Of a DNA stretch of 64,000 nucleotides, positions 1-11,656 are shown piece by piece. Within the stretch, counting starts at the first letter, position 1, and each line of letters starts with the position of its first letter. The notes beneath the pieces are model-generated. The model was not told the DNA's origin. It worked only from the letters and a program-made list of their open reading frames with translations, and ran no database searches. A program made the position numbers and the translations under genes. Origin of the DNA: Mobula hypostoma (Eukaryota); the NCBI RefSeq assembly GCF_963921235.1, contig NC_086098.1, positions 1,116,001 to 1,180,000 of the forward strand, read 5' to 3'.

Positions 1-757
1 CACACCAGTGAGGGTAAGAATAGAATGATTTGGCAGTTGAATGTTTGGCTGAAGAATTGGTGCTGGGGGCAAGATTTAATTTTTTTTGGATGATTGCGAT
101 ATCTTCTGGGGAAGTTACAACCTGTACAAAAGGACAGGAAACGCCTGAACCTGAGCGGTACCAATATCCATGAGGGCTGTTTTGCAAGCATTGTGGGGGA
201 GGGCTATAATAAATTGGCATGGGGATGGGAACTGGAGTGACAGGGTTGAAGATGGAACAGTTGGTATACAACCAGATACAGTGTGTGAAAGTGAGTTAAA
301 GTGTAATGGGGAACAAAATCAAATAGGTAGTGACGAAAGAACTATAAAGGTGTTATATTTCAATGCACACAGTATACAGAATAAAATAGGTGATCTTGTA
401 GCGCAGTTAGAAATTGGCATGTATAACGCTGTGGACATTATTGCTCATGACTAAAAGAAGGAGCGACATGGTAGCGTAGTGGTAAGCACAACGCTTTACG
501 GTACCAGCACCTTAGGTTCAGTTCCTGCCCGCTCCCTGTCAGGAGTTTGTATGTACTTCCTGTGACCACGTGGGTTTCCTCCAAGTGCTCCAGTTTCCTC
601 TGACAGTCCAAAAGACATACAGGTTGGTAGGTTGATTGGTCATTGTAAATTGGCCCCTGTTTAGGCTAGGATTAAATTTGGGGATTGCTGGGTGGTGCAG
701 CTGGCAGGGCCTATCCTGTGCTGTATCTCAATAATTGGGAGCTTAACATCCAAGGAT
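1..757 (+). mobile_element. CR1 LINE fragment (end of ORF1 esterase, start of ORF2 AP endonuclease), interrupted by a SINE
   Basis: ORF 170..454 ends KVLYFNAHSIQNKIGDLVAQLEIGMYNAVDI (APE N-terminus). The frame resumes after the SINE as WELNIQG (tgggagcttaacatccaagga, ~736). Confidence 0.8.
461..731 (+). mobile_element. tRNA-headed SINE with V-domain-like core
   Basis: A-box-like tagcgtagtgg, B-box-like ggttcagttcc, core gcgtgggtttcctcc..tgctccagtttcctc and ttggtcattgtaaattg. A related copy lies at 23968. Confidence 0.75.
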
Positions 758-1842
758 CAGAATCAGAATCAGGTTTATTATCACTGGCACGTGTCTTGAA
801 ATTTGTTAACAGCAGCAGCAGTTCAATACAATACATAATATAGAAGAAAAAAATATAGCACATAAATAAATAAGTAAATCAATTATGGTACAGTATACAA
901 ATATTGAATAGATTAAAAGTCGTGCAAAAATACAAATATATTAAGAAAGTGAGGTAGTGTTCTCAGGTTCAATGTCCATATAGGGATCAGAAGGCAGAGG
1001 GGAAGAAGCTGTTCCTGAATCGCTGAGTTCGTGCCTACAGGCTTCTGTACCTCCTACCTGATGGTAACAGTGGAAAAGAGTATAGTGCTGTGGGTCCTTA
1101 ATAATGAATGCTGCCTTTCTCAGGCACTGCTCCTTGAAGATGTCCAGAGTACTTTGTAGGCTAGTACCCAAGATGGAGCTGATTAAATTTATGACCCTCA
1201 GCAGTTTCTTTTTGTCCTGTGCAGTAGCCCCCGATACCAGACAGTGATGCAGCCTGTCAGAATGCTCTCCACGGTACAACTATGGACGTTTGAGTGTGGT
1301 TGTTGACATACCATATCTCTTCAAACTAACGAAGTACAGTCGTTGTCTTGCCTTTTTTATAGCTGCGTTAATATGTTGGGACCCTTTCAGTTCATCAGAG
1401 ATCTTGATACCCAGGAATTTGAAACTGCTCACTCTCTCCATTTCTGATCCCTCTATGAGGATTGGTATGTGTTCCTTTGTCTTACCCTTCCTGAAGTCCA
1501 CAATCAGCTCTTTTGTCTTACTGACATTGAGTGCTAGGTTGTTGTTGCAACACCACTCCATTAGCTGGTATATCTCACTCCTAAACGCCCTTTCATCTCC
1601 ATCTGAGATTCTGTCAATAATGGTTGTATCATCAGCAAATTTGGAGATAGTGTTTGAGCTATGCCTATCCACACAGTTATGGGTATAGACAGAGTAGAGC
1701 AGTGGGCTAAGCACACACCACTGAGGTGCACCAGTGTTGATTGTCAGCGAGGAGGGTATGTTATCACCAATCCGCACAGATTGTTGTCTTCCAGTTAGGA
1801 AGTTGAGAATCCAATTGCAGAGGAAGGCACAGAGGCTGAGGT
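757..1842 (-). mobile_element. Rex1/Babar-type LINE, 5'-truncated
   Basis: ORF 1280..1912 has [25 protein letters not shown] and FKFLG (RT). The (GATTCT)n tail is seen as atcagaatcagaatc at ~757. Confidence 0.85.
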
Positions 1843-1844
1843 TA

Positions 1845-1934
1845 GAAATAACATGGAAATATAGAAAACCTACAGCACAATACAGGCCCTTTGGCCTACA
1901 ATGCTGTGCCAAACATGTACTTACTTTAGAAATT
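1845..1934 (-). mobile_element. CR1 LINE 3'-terminal fragment
   Basis: atagaaaacctacagcacaatacaggccct matches the reverse complement of CR1 3' ends at 15900-15960 and 43480-43545. Confidence 0.7.
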
Positions 1935-2634
1935 TAAAGTAGTTGACTTTATTAACTTTGCCTCCAACTTTCACCCTGCCCTCAAGTTTACCTGGTACAT
2001 TTCCGACACCTCCCTCCCCTTTCTAGATCTTTCTGTCTCTATCTCTGGAGACAGCTTATCCACTGATGTCTACTATAAGCCTACGGACTCTCACAGCTAT
2101 CTGGACTATTCCTCTTCTCACCCTGTCTCTTGCAAAAATGCCATCCCCTTCTTGCAATTCCTCCGTCTCCGCCGCATCTGCTCTCAGGATGAGGCTTTTC
2201 ATTCCAGGACGAGGGAGATGTCCTCCTTTTTTAAAGAAAGGGGCTTCCCTTCCTCCACCATCAACTCTGCTCTCAAACGCATCTCCCCCATTTCACGCAC
2301 ATCTGCTCTCACTCCATCCTCCCACCACCCCACTAGGAATAGGGTTCCCTGGTCCTCACCTACCACCCCACCAGCCTCCGGGTCCAACATATAATTCTCC
2401 GTAACTTCCGCCACCTCCAACGGGATCCCACCACTAAGCACATCTTTCCCTCACCCCCTCTCTACTTTCCACAGGGATCACTCCCTACACGACTCCCTTG
2501 TCCATTCGCTCCCCCCCCCATCCCTCCCCACTGATCTCCCTCCTGGCGCTTATCCTTGTAAGCGGAACAAGTGCTACACATGCCCTTACACTTCCTCCCT
2601 TACCACCATTCAAGGCCCCAGACAGTCCTTCCAG

Positions 2635-2961
2635 GTGAGGCGACACTTCACCTGTGAGTCGGCTGGGGTGATATACTGCGTCCGGTGCTCCCGATGTGAC
2701 CTTCTATATATTGGCGAGACCCGATGCAGACCGGGAGACTGCTTTGCTGAACACCTACGCTCTGTCCACCAGAGAAAGCAGGATCTCCCAGTGGCCTCAC
2801 ATTTTAATTCCACATCCCATTCCCATTCCGACATGTCTATCCACGGCCTCCTCTACTGTAAAGGTGAAGCCACACTCAGGTTGGAGGAACAACACCTAAT
2901 ATTCCATCTGGGTAGCCTCCAACCTGATGGCATGAACATTGACTTCTCAAACTTCCGCTAA
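2635..2961 (+). pseudogene. PLE GIY-YIG endonuclease domain
   Basis: HFTCESAGVIYCVRCSRCDLLYIGET...RLEEQHLIFHLGSLQPDGMN: VIY/YIG motifs and the conserved E and N of PLE GIY-YIG. Confidence 0.9.
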
Positions 2962-3254
2962 TGCCCCACCTCCCCCTTGTACCCCATCCGTTATTTATTT
3001 TTATACACACATTCTTTCCCTCTCTCTCCGGTTTTCTCCCTCTGTCCCTCTGACTATACCCCTTGCCCATCCTCTGGGTTCCCCCCCCCCCGTCTTTCTC
3101 CCTGGGCCCCCTGTCCCATGATCCTCTCATATCCCCTTTGCCAATCACCTGTCCAGCTCTTGGCTCCATCCCTCCCCCTCCTGTCTTCTCCTATCATTTT
3201 GGATCTCCCCCTCCCCCTCCCACTTTCAAATCTCTTACTAGCTCTTCCTTCAGT

Positions 3255-3292
3255 TAGTCCTGACGAAGGGTCTAGGCACGAAACGTCGACTG
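3255..3292 (+). ncRNA. Minimal hammerhead ribozyme motif (stem II mutated)
   Basis: TAGTC-CTGACGA-agggtctaggcac-GAAA-CGTC-GACTG. Confidence 0.65.
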
Positions 3293-3514
3293 TACCTCTT
3301 CCTAGAGATGCTGCCTGGCCTGCTGCGTTCACCAGCAACTTTGATGTGTAATACATACACACTTGTCTTTCACCAAGGTAAATAGAAATTCCTCTTCCCA
3401 TTCTGGATGGAATTTGTACATTTTCACCTTCTTTCATGGAGCTTCCGCCATGCTATCAGGATATCACGAGCGAGTGCCGTATATTGATGTTTGCGACAGT
3501 CTGTACTCTTATCT

Positions 3515-4079
3515 CTTACATGATATATGGGGTGTCAGGGAGGGGTAGTACCTCTGGTGGGGGAACATGTCGCGTCCTTTTCAAGGCGGTTAGTCCACCT
3601 TTGGTCCCCATCTGGCACTCAGCTCTCACCTGTGGCTCCCCGTAGCTGTCTGTATGCGACAGCGACCACACCCCTGGCAATGGCTTCGACAAGCCGGCTA
3701 AACCAGGTGTGGGTAGCTGACGGCTCTCAAACCTTCGGTGAGATAGGGAGTTGTCTATCCCAGCATGTGAAGACAGACTCCGGCGGATTGAGCGGACGAG
3801 AGCAGCGGAAGTTCCAACGCTCAAGAAGGCGGTCTCTGCAAACGTCGTGGAACGTGTAGAGCAGGACAAGACACAGAAGACGTCCTGGTCATCCACTGCG
3901 CCTAGTCCCATCTCCAGCCGTCTAGACTCTGTCTTGCCACTGGATCCAGATGGGAATTGGGAAGAGAGAGTGAGGCTGACGCTGTGCAACTCTCCCTCAC
4001 TTAAATCCAAATCACGCGCTCGTCTCGACACCATCATTATGGTGTCGAGGTCCTCTTCGACGTCAACGATGGACGAACA
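3515..4079 (+). mobile_element. Non-coding, non-autonomous retroposon (probably RTE-dependent)
   Basis: 10-bp TSD ACTCTTATCT at 3505-3514 and 4080-4089. CpG-rich, with a perfect 11-bp hairpin at 4024-4049 and a short ...gaacaac tail. No credible protein product. Confidence 0.75.
3529..3709 (+). ncRNA. Candidate HDV-like self-cleaving ribozyme
   Basis: P1 GGGGTGT/ACACCCC, P2 CACCTGT/AC(C)AGGTG, P3 GGC/ACC, L3 TCCCCGTA, tGGCAA, P4 TGGCTT-cgac-AAGCCG and J4/2 GCTAA occur in HDV order. Confidence 0.65.
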
Positions 4080-4089
4080 ACTCTTATCT

Positions 4090-4401
4090 AATCTAATTGG
4101 TCACTTTGATGCAGCACAAGCTACGCTGAAAACGCGGTGCATGGCTGGGGAGATACACACATGCGCACTGGGCAGAAAGAATGGAACAAAAACCCTGCAA
4201 CCCGGAAACAATCTCTCTTTACAAACAGCTTTCAGTAACGAAAGTATTGCTGTATTACTATTATCCTAATTAGTATTACTTATTTTTATAATGCTCACAT
4301 TACAACAGTATTTGTGTATTTACTTTTGATTTTTTTCGGGATCTACTGGGAAAGTCTCAGAGATCGACCAGTCGATCGCGATTGACGGGTTGGCGACCAC
4401 T
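4090..4401. mobile_element. hAT-like DNA transposon terminus (fragment)
   Basis: Ends gatcgaccagtcgatcgcgattgacgggttggcgaccact followed by a CTAG-containing site, resembling a hAT/Charlie TIR with GATCG subterminal repeats. The other end was not found. Confidence 0.45.
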
Positions 4402-6185
4402 ACCCTAGGCAATCATCCACATACGCCAAAACTCCAAACACCTCCACATCCCCCATGGTCTTCCCCATGCTCCGCGGGAAGTTTGCAGGGGCTCCGGATG
4501 TGCCCTGTGGCATCTTTTCAGACCAGAAGGATCCTAGGGGACTTATAACAGCTGTTTTCTCCTTGTCGGCCTCATGCATCGGGATCTGGCAACATCCACT
4601 CCTCAGATCCAGCACATTAAACAACGTCGCACCACTCAGACGGACCATCGCGTCTTCGGCCCTCAGGACCGTATACTGGTCAGGGACGGTGCGCCTGTTC
4701 AGAGTCCTATAATCCACACACACGCTTCCTACGTACGTCATCCACGGTTGCAGGGGCCAGTTGCCAAGACCTCTCTCTCACCGAGGAGTCTTCAGCGGTC
4801 AACTCCCCTCCCTCGTAGTATTTCGGAGCGTCTGCTAAGAGGGTCTCACCCTCAGATACTTCCCCCAGGCTGTACCGCCACCAGTTCTAGTTTAAATTCA
4901 GTACCGGCCCAGTGCTACTACACACGTCCTCACAAACAGCTTGAAACTCTGGGTGCACAGACAATGCCCCCAAACAGCTCTCACCCGCCTCCTCCTGGCA
5001 GGCCCCATGCGCCTCCTCATCAGTGGGGTGTTGGTCTTCTCCAGAATCGAAACGCTGCCCGTCTCAACAGTGTCCAGACACATCAGCACTAACGATTCAC
5101 GGCCCTCAGACACCCACACATTGGCCTCCAAGAACTCCAGTTTCACTGACCAATAATCATCTTCCGGATAATTCCCAGCACTGATATTCCGACTTTCCAG
5201 TGCCTGGAATGGTGTCAAGGGTAAATGCTTCAAATACCGGTTGTAAAAGGAACTGTACAACACCTTGACCTGCACCCCAGTGTCGAGGATGGCCTTAGCA
5301 TAGCTTCCCTCCAACCGTAACGATACCCGAGGTCATGGTCCCTCGAAGCCTTCAGGAATAGGGTCTTCTCCTTTTGGGAGCTCCTTGGTACATTGCTGGG
5401 AATGTGCTCTCCCCAGAGATCCCAAGCCGTTCCCTCACTGGGCCTCCATTAAGTTTCCCGACACCCCTCTGATCAGCTGAATAATTGAGGGAGGGGCTGA
5501 TCCCCCTGGCACCGCAAGCAATTTATCTGCCCCCCTAGCCAGAGAAGATACCCTGAAAACTTTCCACTAATCTCCTAACACAGGTATGGAAAGCCCCCGC
5601 TAGGTGCTGCATTTTAATTTCCAGTCAAACCAAACGCATTTCCCCCCACCCGCTTTCAGATAACTGGCAGCTATCACTACGGGGTAATTGACCCTGACAG
5701 TTCTGACAACATCAACAGCTTGCCTATCCAAACTTCCAACCAATCTCTGTTGCTTTCCCTCAGCCGAGCACTGCCACTCATCTAACAACTGAGAGGTCCG
5801 TTCCACCCACGCTTCCGCTCCTCTAGGGTGGACATTATCCCAAAAAACAGGTGGAGCCTGCCATAGCTGGAACATTTATTCGCAGACACTGCCTCCGTAT
5901 CAGACCACTCTTCCCTCTCTCTCCTAACAGTATGGACAGCCCATGGCCCCGCCTCACCTGGAGCACCAATAGACACTGGCAGTCCCACCACCAACTCGTC
6001 AGCGCTAGTCTGAACTGGAACAAAGACCTCCGGGGTACCAACAGCCACCCCATCCAACACGCATGCAGTAATAACCAGCAATCCCACAGAGGCACACCAG
6101 CTTTCCGCCCCCGCAGCATGCGTGATTTAAACAGGGCGATCACACAGCTTCCACAGACTCCAAACCCGGACGATGGCCCCCACAA
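4402..6185 (-). mobile_element. Gypsy LTR retrotransposon internal remnant (gag, protease, RT)
   Basis: [10 protein letters not shown]...VLDLRSG...MPQG...YVDD (4400..4741), protease AILDTG (4898..5314) and PNMA-like gag EAWVERT..W (5600..5875). A tRNA-Pro-like PBS tgggggc(ca)tcgtccggg lies at ~6163-6182. Confidence 0.85.
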
Positions 6186-7377
6186 TGTAGCCTCCTGGTA
6201 AGCCTCAGGCTCGCAGAGCTCGCTTTCGTCTAGGGGGAGCAGCCTTTGGCCCTGTCCAACTGGTTAATCAAGTTTGTGTGGATGCTGTGTGATGTACCCC
6301 ACCACGCCAAATAACAGACAGTATACCATACGTGATTAAAGGATTACACTTTATAAGTATTTCTTGGTGATAGGTTAGTAGAAACAAGTACAATAAAGGC
6401 GTCAAGTCAGTAACTCTATCAGTTCAGTGCACAAATAATTCGTTGGAGCTCTTACAGATCCGGGTCTCCCTTTCCTCTGGTCAATGTCCATAAGACCATA
6501 AGACAAAGGAGCAGAAGTTGGCCATTTGAGTCTGCTTGGCCATTTTACCATGAGCTGATCCATTCTCCCATTTAGTCCCACTCCCCCGCCTTCTCACCAT
6601 AACCTTTGATGCCCTGGCTACTCAGATACCTATCAATCTTTGCCTTAAATACACCCAATGACTTGGCCTCCGCTGCCAGCCGTGGCAACAAATTCCACAG
6701 ATTCACCACTCGCTGGCTAAAAAAATTTCTTTGCATCTTTGTTCTGAATGGGTGCTCTTCAATCGTTAAGTCATGCCCTCTCGTACTAGACTCCCCCACC
6801 ATGGGAAACAACTTTGCCGCATCCACTCTGTCCATGCCTTTCAACATTCGAACTGTTTCTATGAGGTGCCCCTTCATTCTTCTAAACTCCAAGGAATACA
6901 GTGCAAGAGCGGTCAAACGTTCCTCATATGTTAACCCTCTCATTCCTGGAATCATTCTAGTGTCCTCCAATCTCCGTCGACTCTCGAATGGGACCACCCT
7001 CGGTGGTCGACCGAACAATCCACACGAGTCTGTCCTCGTCTCCTCTCCTCGCTGAAGACCATGGGCCTCCGACTCCTGCTCGGGGTCCGTTCTGTCGCTC
7101 AGCTTACAGCATTGCGTCTCCTCTCTCTGTCTCCATTGCGTCTTCTGCCCAAAGCCCATGAAAACAGTAGCTTACAGACACACAAGAAAGAATAACATCT
7201 ATCCCAATTGGTTAGCAAATGAATACAATTCTCGTTATCAGTAAATATAACCCAAACATGCATGCTATAGAGAACTGTCTCAGCAGTTAACAGTACAGGA
7301 GAAGCCATTTTATTATAACATAACAAGGAAGCCATTTTATTAGCCTTAGCAGTAACTTAAAAGAAGAAACCCCTTAT
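6186..7377 (-). mobile_element. 5' LTR of the Gypsy remnant, interrupted by CR1
   Basis: On the minus strand it ends ...ggctaca just before the PBS and begins tataaggggtttc (decayed TG). It is split by CR1 6487-6960. Confidence 0.6.
6487..6960 (-). mobile_element. CR1 LINE 3' fragment
   Basis: RMIPGMRGLTYEERL...RNFFSQRVVNLWN and a (TCTTATGG)n tail. The flanks share tgtcc. Confidence 0.85.
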
Positions 7378-8150
7378 ACTAGCATGGATAGAAGATTGGT
7401 GGACTGGCAGGAGGCAAAAAGTGGAAATAAAGGGGGCCTTTTCTGGTTGGCTGCCATTGGTGTACTGCAGGGGATGGTGTTGGGATCACTTATTTTCATG
7501 CTGTATATCAAGGATATGGATATACTATATACCATGTCCTGCTGAAGGGTCTCAGCCCATAACGTTGACTGTACTCTTTTCTGTAGATGTTGTCTGACCT
7601 GCTGAGTTCCTCCAGCATTTTTTGTGTGTTGCTTGGATAAAATAATTGAAGGCTTTGTGGCCAAGTTTGTGGACAATACAAAGATGCAGGTAGTGTTGAG
7701 GAAACAGGATGTCTGAAGAAGGACCTATTCAGACTGGGGAATGGGCAAAGAAGTGGTAGATGGAATTTAGTTTAGGGAAGTGCAATGGTCATGCACTTTG
7801 GCGGAAGGAATAAAGGCATGTTCTATTTTGTAAACAGGTAAAAAAATTAAGAAATTAGAGATGTAAAGGGACTTAGGAGGCCTCGTGCAGGATTCCCTAA
7901 AGGTTAACTTGCAGGTTGAGTTGGTGGTGAAAATGGTAAATGCTTTGCTAGCATTCATTTTGAGGGGAATAGAATGCAAAAGGGTTTAGTGCTGAGACTT
8001 TATATGGCACTAGTGAAGTCTCACTTGAGAGTATCGTGAGCAGGTTTTGGGCCCCTTATCTAAGAACGGATCTGCTGGCATGAGGAGCATTGAATGGTTC
8101 TGGGCCTGTACTCGCTGGAGTTTACAAGAATGAGGGAGAATCTCATTGAG
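7378..8150 (+). mobile_element. Decayed CR1 RT fragment with a short old PLE-terminus insert (7535-7633)
   Basis: Remnants of VAKFxDxTK and VMHFG. The insert reads cctgctgaagggtctcagcccataacgttgact...ctgctgagttcctccagca. Confidence 0.7.
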
Positions 8151-8157
8151 GGTTAAA

Positions 8158-8878
8158 GGTTGGAGGTGTCGTGGACAGTGTGAAGGTCTGTCAGAGGTTA
8201 CAGCGGGACGTTGATAGGATGCAAAACTGGGCTGAGAAGTGGCAGATGGAGTTCAAACCAGGTAAGTGTGAGATGCAAACAAGAGGAATTCTGCAGATGC
8301 TGGAAATTCAAGCAACACACATCAAAGTTGCTGGTGAACGCAGCAAGCCAGGCAGCATCTCTAGGAAGAGGTACAGTCAACGTTTCAGGCGGAGAACCTT
8401 CGTCAGGACTAACTGAAAGAAGAGCTGGTAAGAGATTTGAAAGTGGGAGGGGGAGGGGCAGATCCAAAATGATAGGAGAAGACAGGAGGGGGAGGGATGG
8501 AGCCATGAGCTGGACAGGTGATTGGCAAAAGGGATATGAGAGGATCATGGGACAGGAGGCCTAGGGAGAAAGAAAAGGGGGATGGGGGGAAAAACCCAGA
8601 GGATGGGCAAGGGGTATAGTCAGAGGGACAGAGGGAGAAAAAGGAGAGAGAGAGAAAGGATCTGTGTATATAAATAAATAACAGATGGGGTACGAGGGGG
8701 AGGTTAGGGTTAGACATTTTGGTAGGTCAAATATGGTGGCAGGATATAGTATTAATGGTAAGACTCTTGGCAGTGTGGAGGATCAGAGGGATCCTGGGGT
8801 CCAAGTCCATAGGACACTTAAAGTTGCTGTGCAGGTTGACTCTGTGGTTAAGAAAGCATACAGTACATTGGCCTTCAT
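8158..8878 (+). mobile_element. CR1 RT fragment interrupted by a PLE
   Basis: CQRLQRDVDRMQNWAEKWQMEFKPGKCE resumes as HFGRSNM..SVEDQRDPGV after 8714. Confidence 0.8.
8276..8703 (-). mobile_element. PLE subfamily A 3' terminus with hammerhead motif (8374-8411)
   Basis: Reverse complement of 2965-3348 plus the terminal tail ...gaattcctcttgtttg. Confidence 0.85.
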
Positions 8879-10690
8879 AGAACATAGAAGAGTACAGCAC
8901 AGTACAGGTCCTTGGGCCCACAATGTTGCGCTGACCCTCAAACCCTGCCTCCCATATAATCCCCCACCTTAAATTCCTCCATATACCTGTCTAGTAGTCT
9001 CTTAAACTTCACTAGTGTGTCTTCCTCCACCACTGACTCAGGCAGTGCATTCCATGCACCAACCACTCTCTGAGTAAAAAACCTTCCTCTAATATCCCCC
9101 TTGAACTTCCCACCCTTTACCTTAAAGCCATGTCCTCTTGTATTGAGCAGTGGTGCCCTGGGGAAGAGGTGCTGACTATCCACTCTTATTATCTTGTACA
9201 CCTCTATCATGTCTCCTCTCATTCTCCTTCTCATCAAAGAGTAAAGTCCTAGCTCCCTTAATCTCTGATCATAATGCATACTCTCTAAACCAGGCAGCAT
9301 CCTGGTAAATCTCTGTACCCTTTCCAATGCTTCCACATCCTTCCAATAGTGAGGCGACCAGAACTGGACATAGTACTCCAAGTGTGGCCTAACCAGAGTT
9401 TTATAGAGCTGCATCATTACATCGGGACTCTTAAACTCTATCCCTCGACTTATGAAAGCTAACACCCCATAAGCTTTCTTAACTACCCTATCCACCTGTG
9501 AGGCAACTTTCAGCGATCTGTGGACATGTGTCCCTAGATCCCTCTGCTCCGCCACACTACCAAGTATCCTGCCATTTACTTTGTACTCTGCCTTGGAGTT
9601 TGTCCTTCCAAAGTGTACCACTTCACACTTCTGTGGGTTGAACTCCATCTGCCACTTCTCAGCCCACTTCTGCATCCTAACAATGTTTCTCTGCAATCTT
9701 TGACGATCCTTTACACTATCTACAACACCACCAACCTTTGTGTCATCTGCAAACTTGCCAACCCACCCTTCTACCCCCACATCCAGGTCGTTAATAAAAA
9801 TCACGAAAAGTAGAGGTCCCAGAACAGATCCTTGTGGGACACCACTAGTCACAATCCTCCAATCTGAATGTACTCCCTCCACCACCACCCTCTGCCTTCT
9901 GCAGGCAATTCTGAATCCACCTGGCCAAACTTCCTTGGATCCCATGCCTTCTGACTTTCTGAATAAGTCTGCTGTGTGGAACCTTGTCAAATGCCTTACT
10001 AAAATCCATGTAGATCACGTCCACTGCACTACCCTCGTCTATATGCCTGGTCACCTCCTCAAAGAACTCTGTCAGGCTTGTTAGACACGATCTGCCCTTA
10101 ACAAAGCCATGCTGACTGTCCCTGATCAGACCATGATTCTCTAAATGCCCAGAGATCCTATCTCTAAGAATCTTTTCCAACAGCTTTCCCACCACAGACG
10201 TAAGGCTCACTGGTCTATAATTACCTGGGCTATCCGTACTACCTTTTTTGAACAAGGGGACAACATTTGCCTCCCTCCAATCCTCCGGTACCATTCCTGT
10301 GGACAACGAGGACATAAAGATCCTAGCCAGAGGCTCAGCAATCTCTTCCCTCGCCTCGTGGAGCAGCCTGGGGAATATTCCGTCAGGCCCCGGGGACTTA
10401 TCCATCCTAATGTATTTTAACAACTCCATCACCTCCTCTCCCTTAATATCAACATGCTCCAGAACACTAACCTCACTCATATTGTCCTCACCATCATCAA
10501 GTTCCCTCTCATTGGTGAATACCAAAGAGAAGTATTCACTGAGGACCTCGCTCACTTCCATGGCCTCCAGGCACATCTTTCCACCTTTATCTCTAATCGG
10601 TCCTACCTTCACTCCTGTCATCCTTTTTTTCTTCACATAATTGAAGAATGCCTTGGGGTTTTCCTTTACCCTACTGGCCAAGGCCTTCTC
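8877..10690 (-). mobile_element. Young 5'-truncated CR1 LINE (RT nearly intact, one frameshift near 9905)
   Basis: ORFs 9845..10927 (KSPGPDG, NYRPVSLTS, DFSKAFD) and 8938..9990 (GVPQGSVLGP, KFADDTK, FFTQRVV), with a (TTCTATG)n tail. Confidence 0.92.
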
Positions 10691-11064
10691 ATCTGCCTTT
10701 CTTACGATGCGTATTGCACTTAAATATAGGCAGCTCAGAACACTAGTTGCAGTATGCTGAATCTTTTGATTCTTAACTTTGTCTGAAATCTTACCAACAT
10801 CTGCCTCCACAACCTCTTCACTAACTGTTCTGCTGCGGGAGGTGTGTGGGACAGGTGGCAGAGGAGTGCCAGGTGTGCCGGGGGGGGGGGTGTTGCTTGA
10901 GTGCAGACACACCCTGCCCTGAGACACCAGGCAAGCTTATTTCATTCCAAGTAATTGGTTTATTGATCACTACAGAATATCTCTCTAGAGTTTCCCACTC
11001 CCTCCCCTCTCCCTTCCCCTTTTCCCAACCATGATTCCCCTCTCCCTGTCCCTTCCTGCTCTGA

Positions 11065-11640
11065 GTGAGACATCCCTGACCCTAGCACCTGGGAAGCAAC
11101 ATACCTTCCAGATGTCTCTTTCACAAACTATGGACCCCTACTGCATGCATCCTCTCCCCACTTCCCTCTGAGCCACAGAGCCAGACTCAGTGCCAGTGAC
11201 CTTGCCACAGCAGCTTCTCCACCAACAGTATCCAGAGCAGTATACTTATTGAGGTGAAGATAGGTACTCTGCACTGCCTGCCTATTCCCTTTCCCTCTCC
11301 TGCTAGTCACCCAGTTATCTGGCTCCTGCACATTAGGGGTGACTACTTTCCTGAGCCGAATATCATCTAGCTGCAGCTCCAGCTCCTTAACACTGTCTCT
11401 AAAGAGCTGCACTTCATGCAGATGTAGTTATCAGGGAGACTGGAGGTCTCCCAGAGTTCCCACATCTCATACAAAAAACATATCACTACCTCCGAACCCA
11501 TTCTCGGCCCCATTAGCTATACATTAACAGAAAATATACTTACTTACTTAGAACGTCCACCTGTGATGGTCCAAGCCTGTTCTTGCCCATGCCTGTTGAG
11601 CGAAAGCTGGACCATTCTAACACTGGTCCTCTCCAACAGT
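11065..11640 (-). mobile_element. Decayed CR1 ORF1/5' region
   Basis: VKELELQLDDIR..VVTP..WVT..NKYTALDTVGG, homologous to ORF1 of the CR1 at 34209-38828. Confidence 0.7.
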
Positions 11641-11656
11641 AGCCGCTTCTACAATG

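Larger units (their letters stand above)
1936..3348 (+). mobile_element. Penelope-like element (subfamily A), 5'-truncated
   Basis: RT C-terminus FINFASNFHPALKFTW and QFLRLRRICS, a Cys-rich linker, the GIY-YIG domain, a pyrimidine-rich 3' region and a hammerhead-containing terminus. Confidence 0.9.

Noticed and set aside
2977..3437. Recurrent ORFs such as ...SVSPDEGSRPETSTVPLPRDAAWPAAFTSNFDV and the antisense LLVNAAGQAASLGRG
   Set aside because: These are translations of the non-coding PLE terminus. PDEG..PET is just the hammerhead core CTGACGAAGG..GAAAC read as codons.
3516..4269. Overlapping 110-173 aa ORFs
   Set aside because: They have no recognisable domain, one crosses the TSD boundary, and they are better explained by GC-rich structured RNA.
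8702..8713. Telomere-like ggttagggttag at a PLE junction
   Set aside because: Fewer than two TTAGGG units, too short to distinguish from chance filler.
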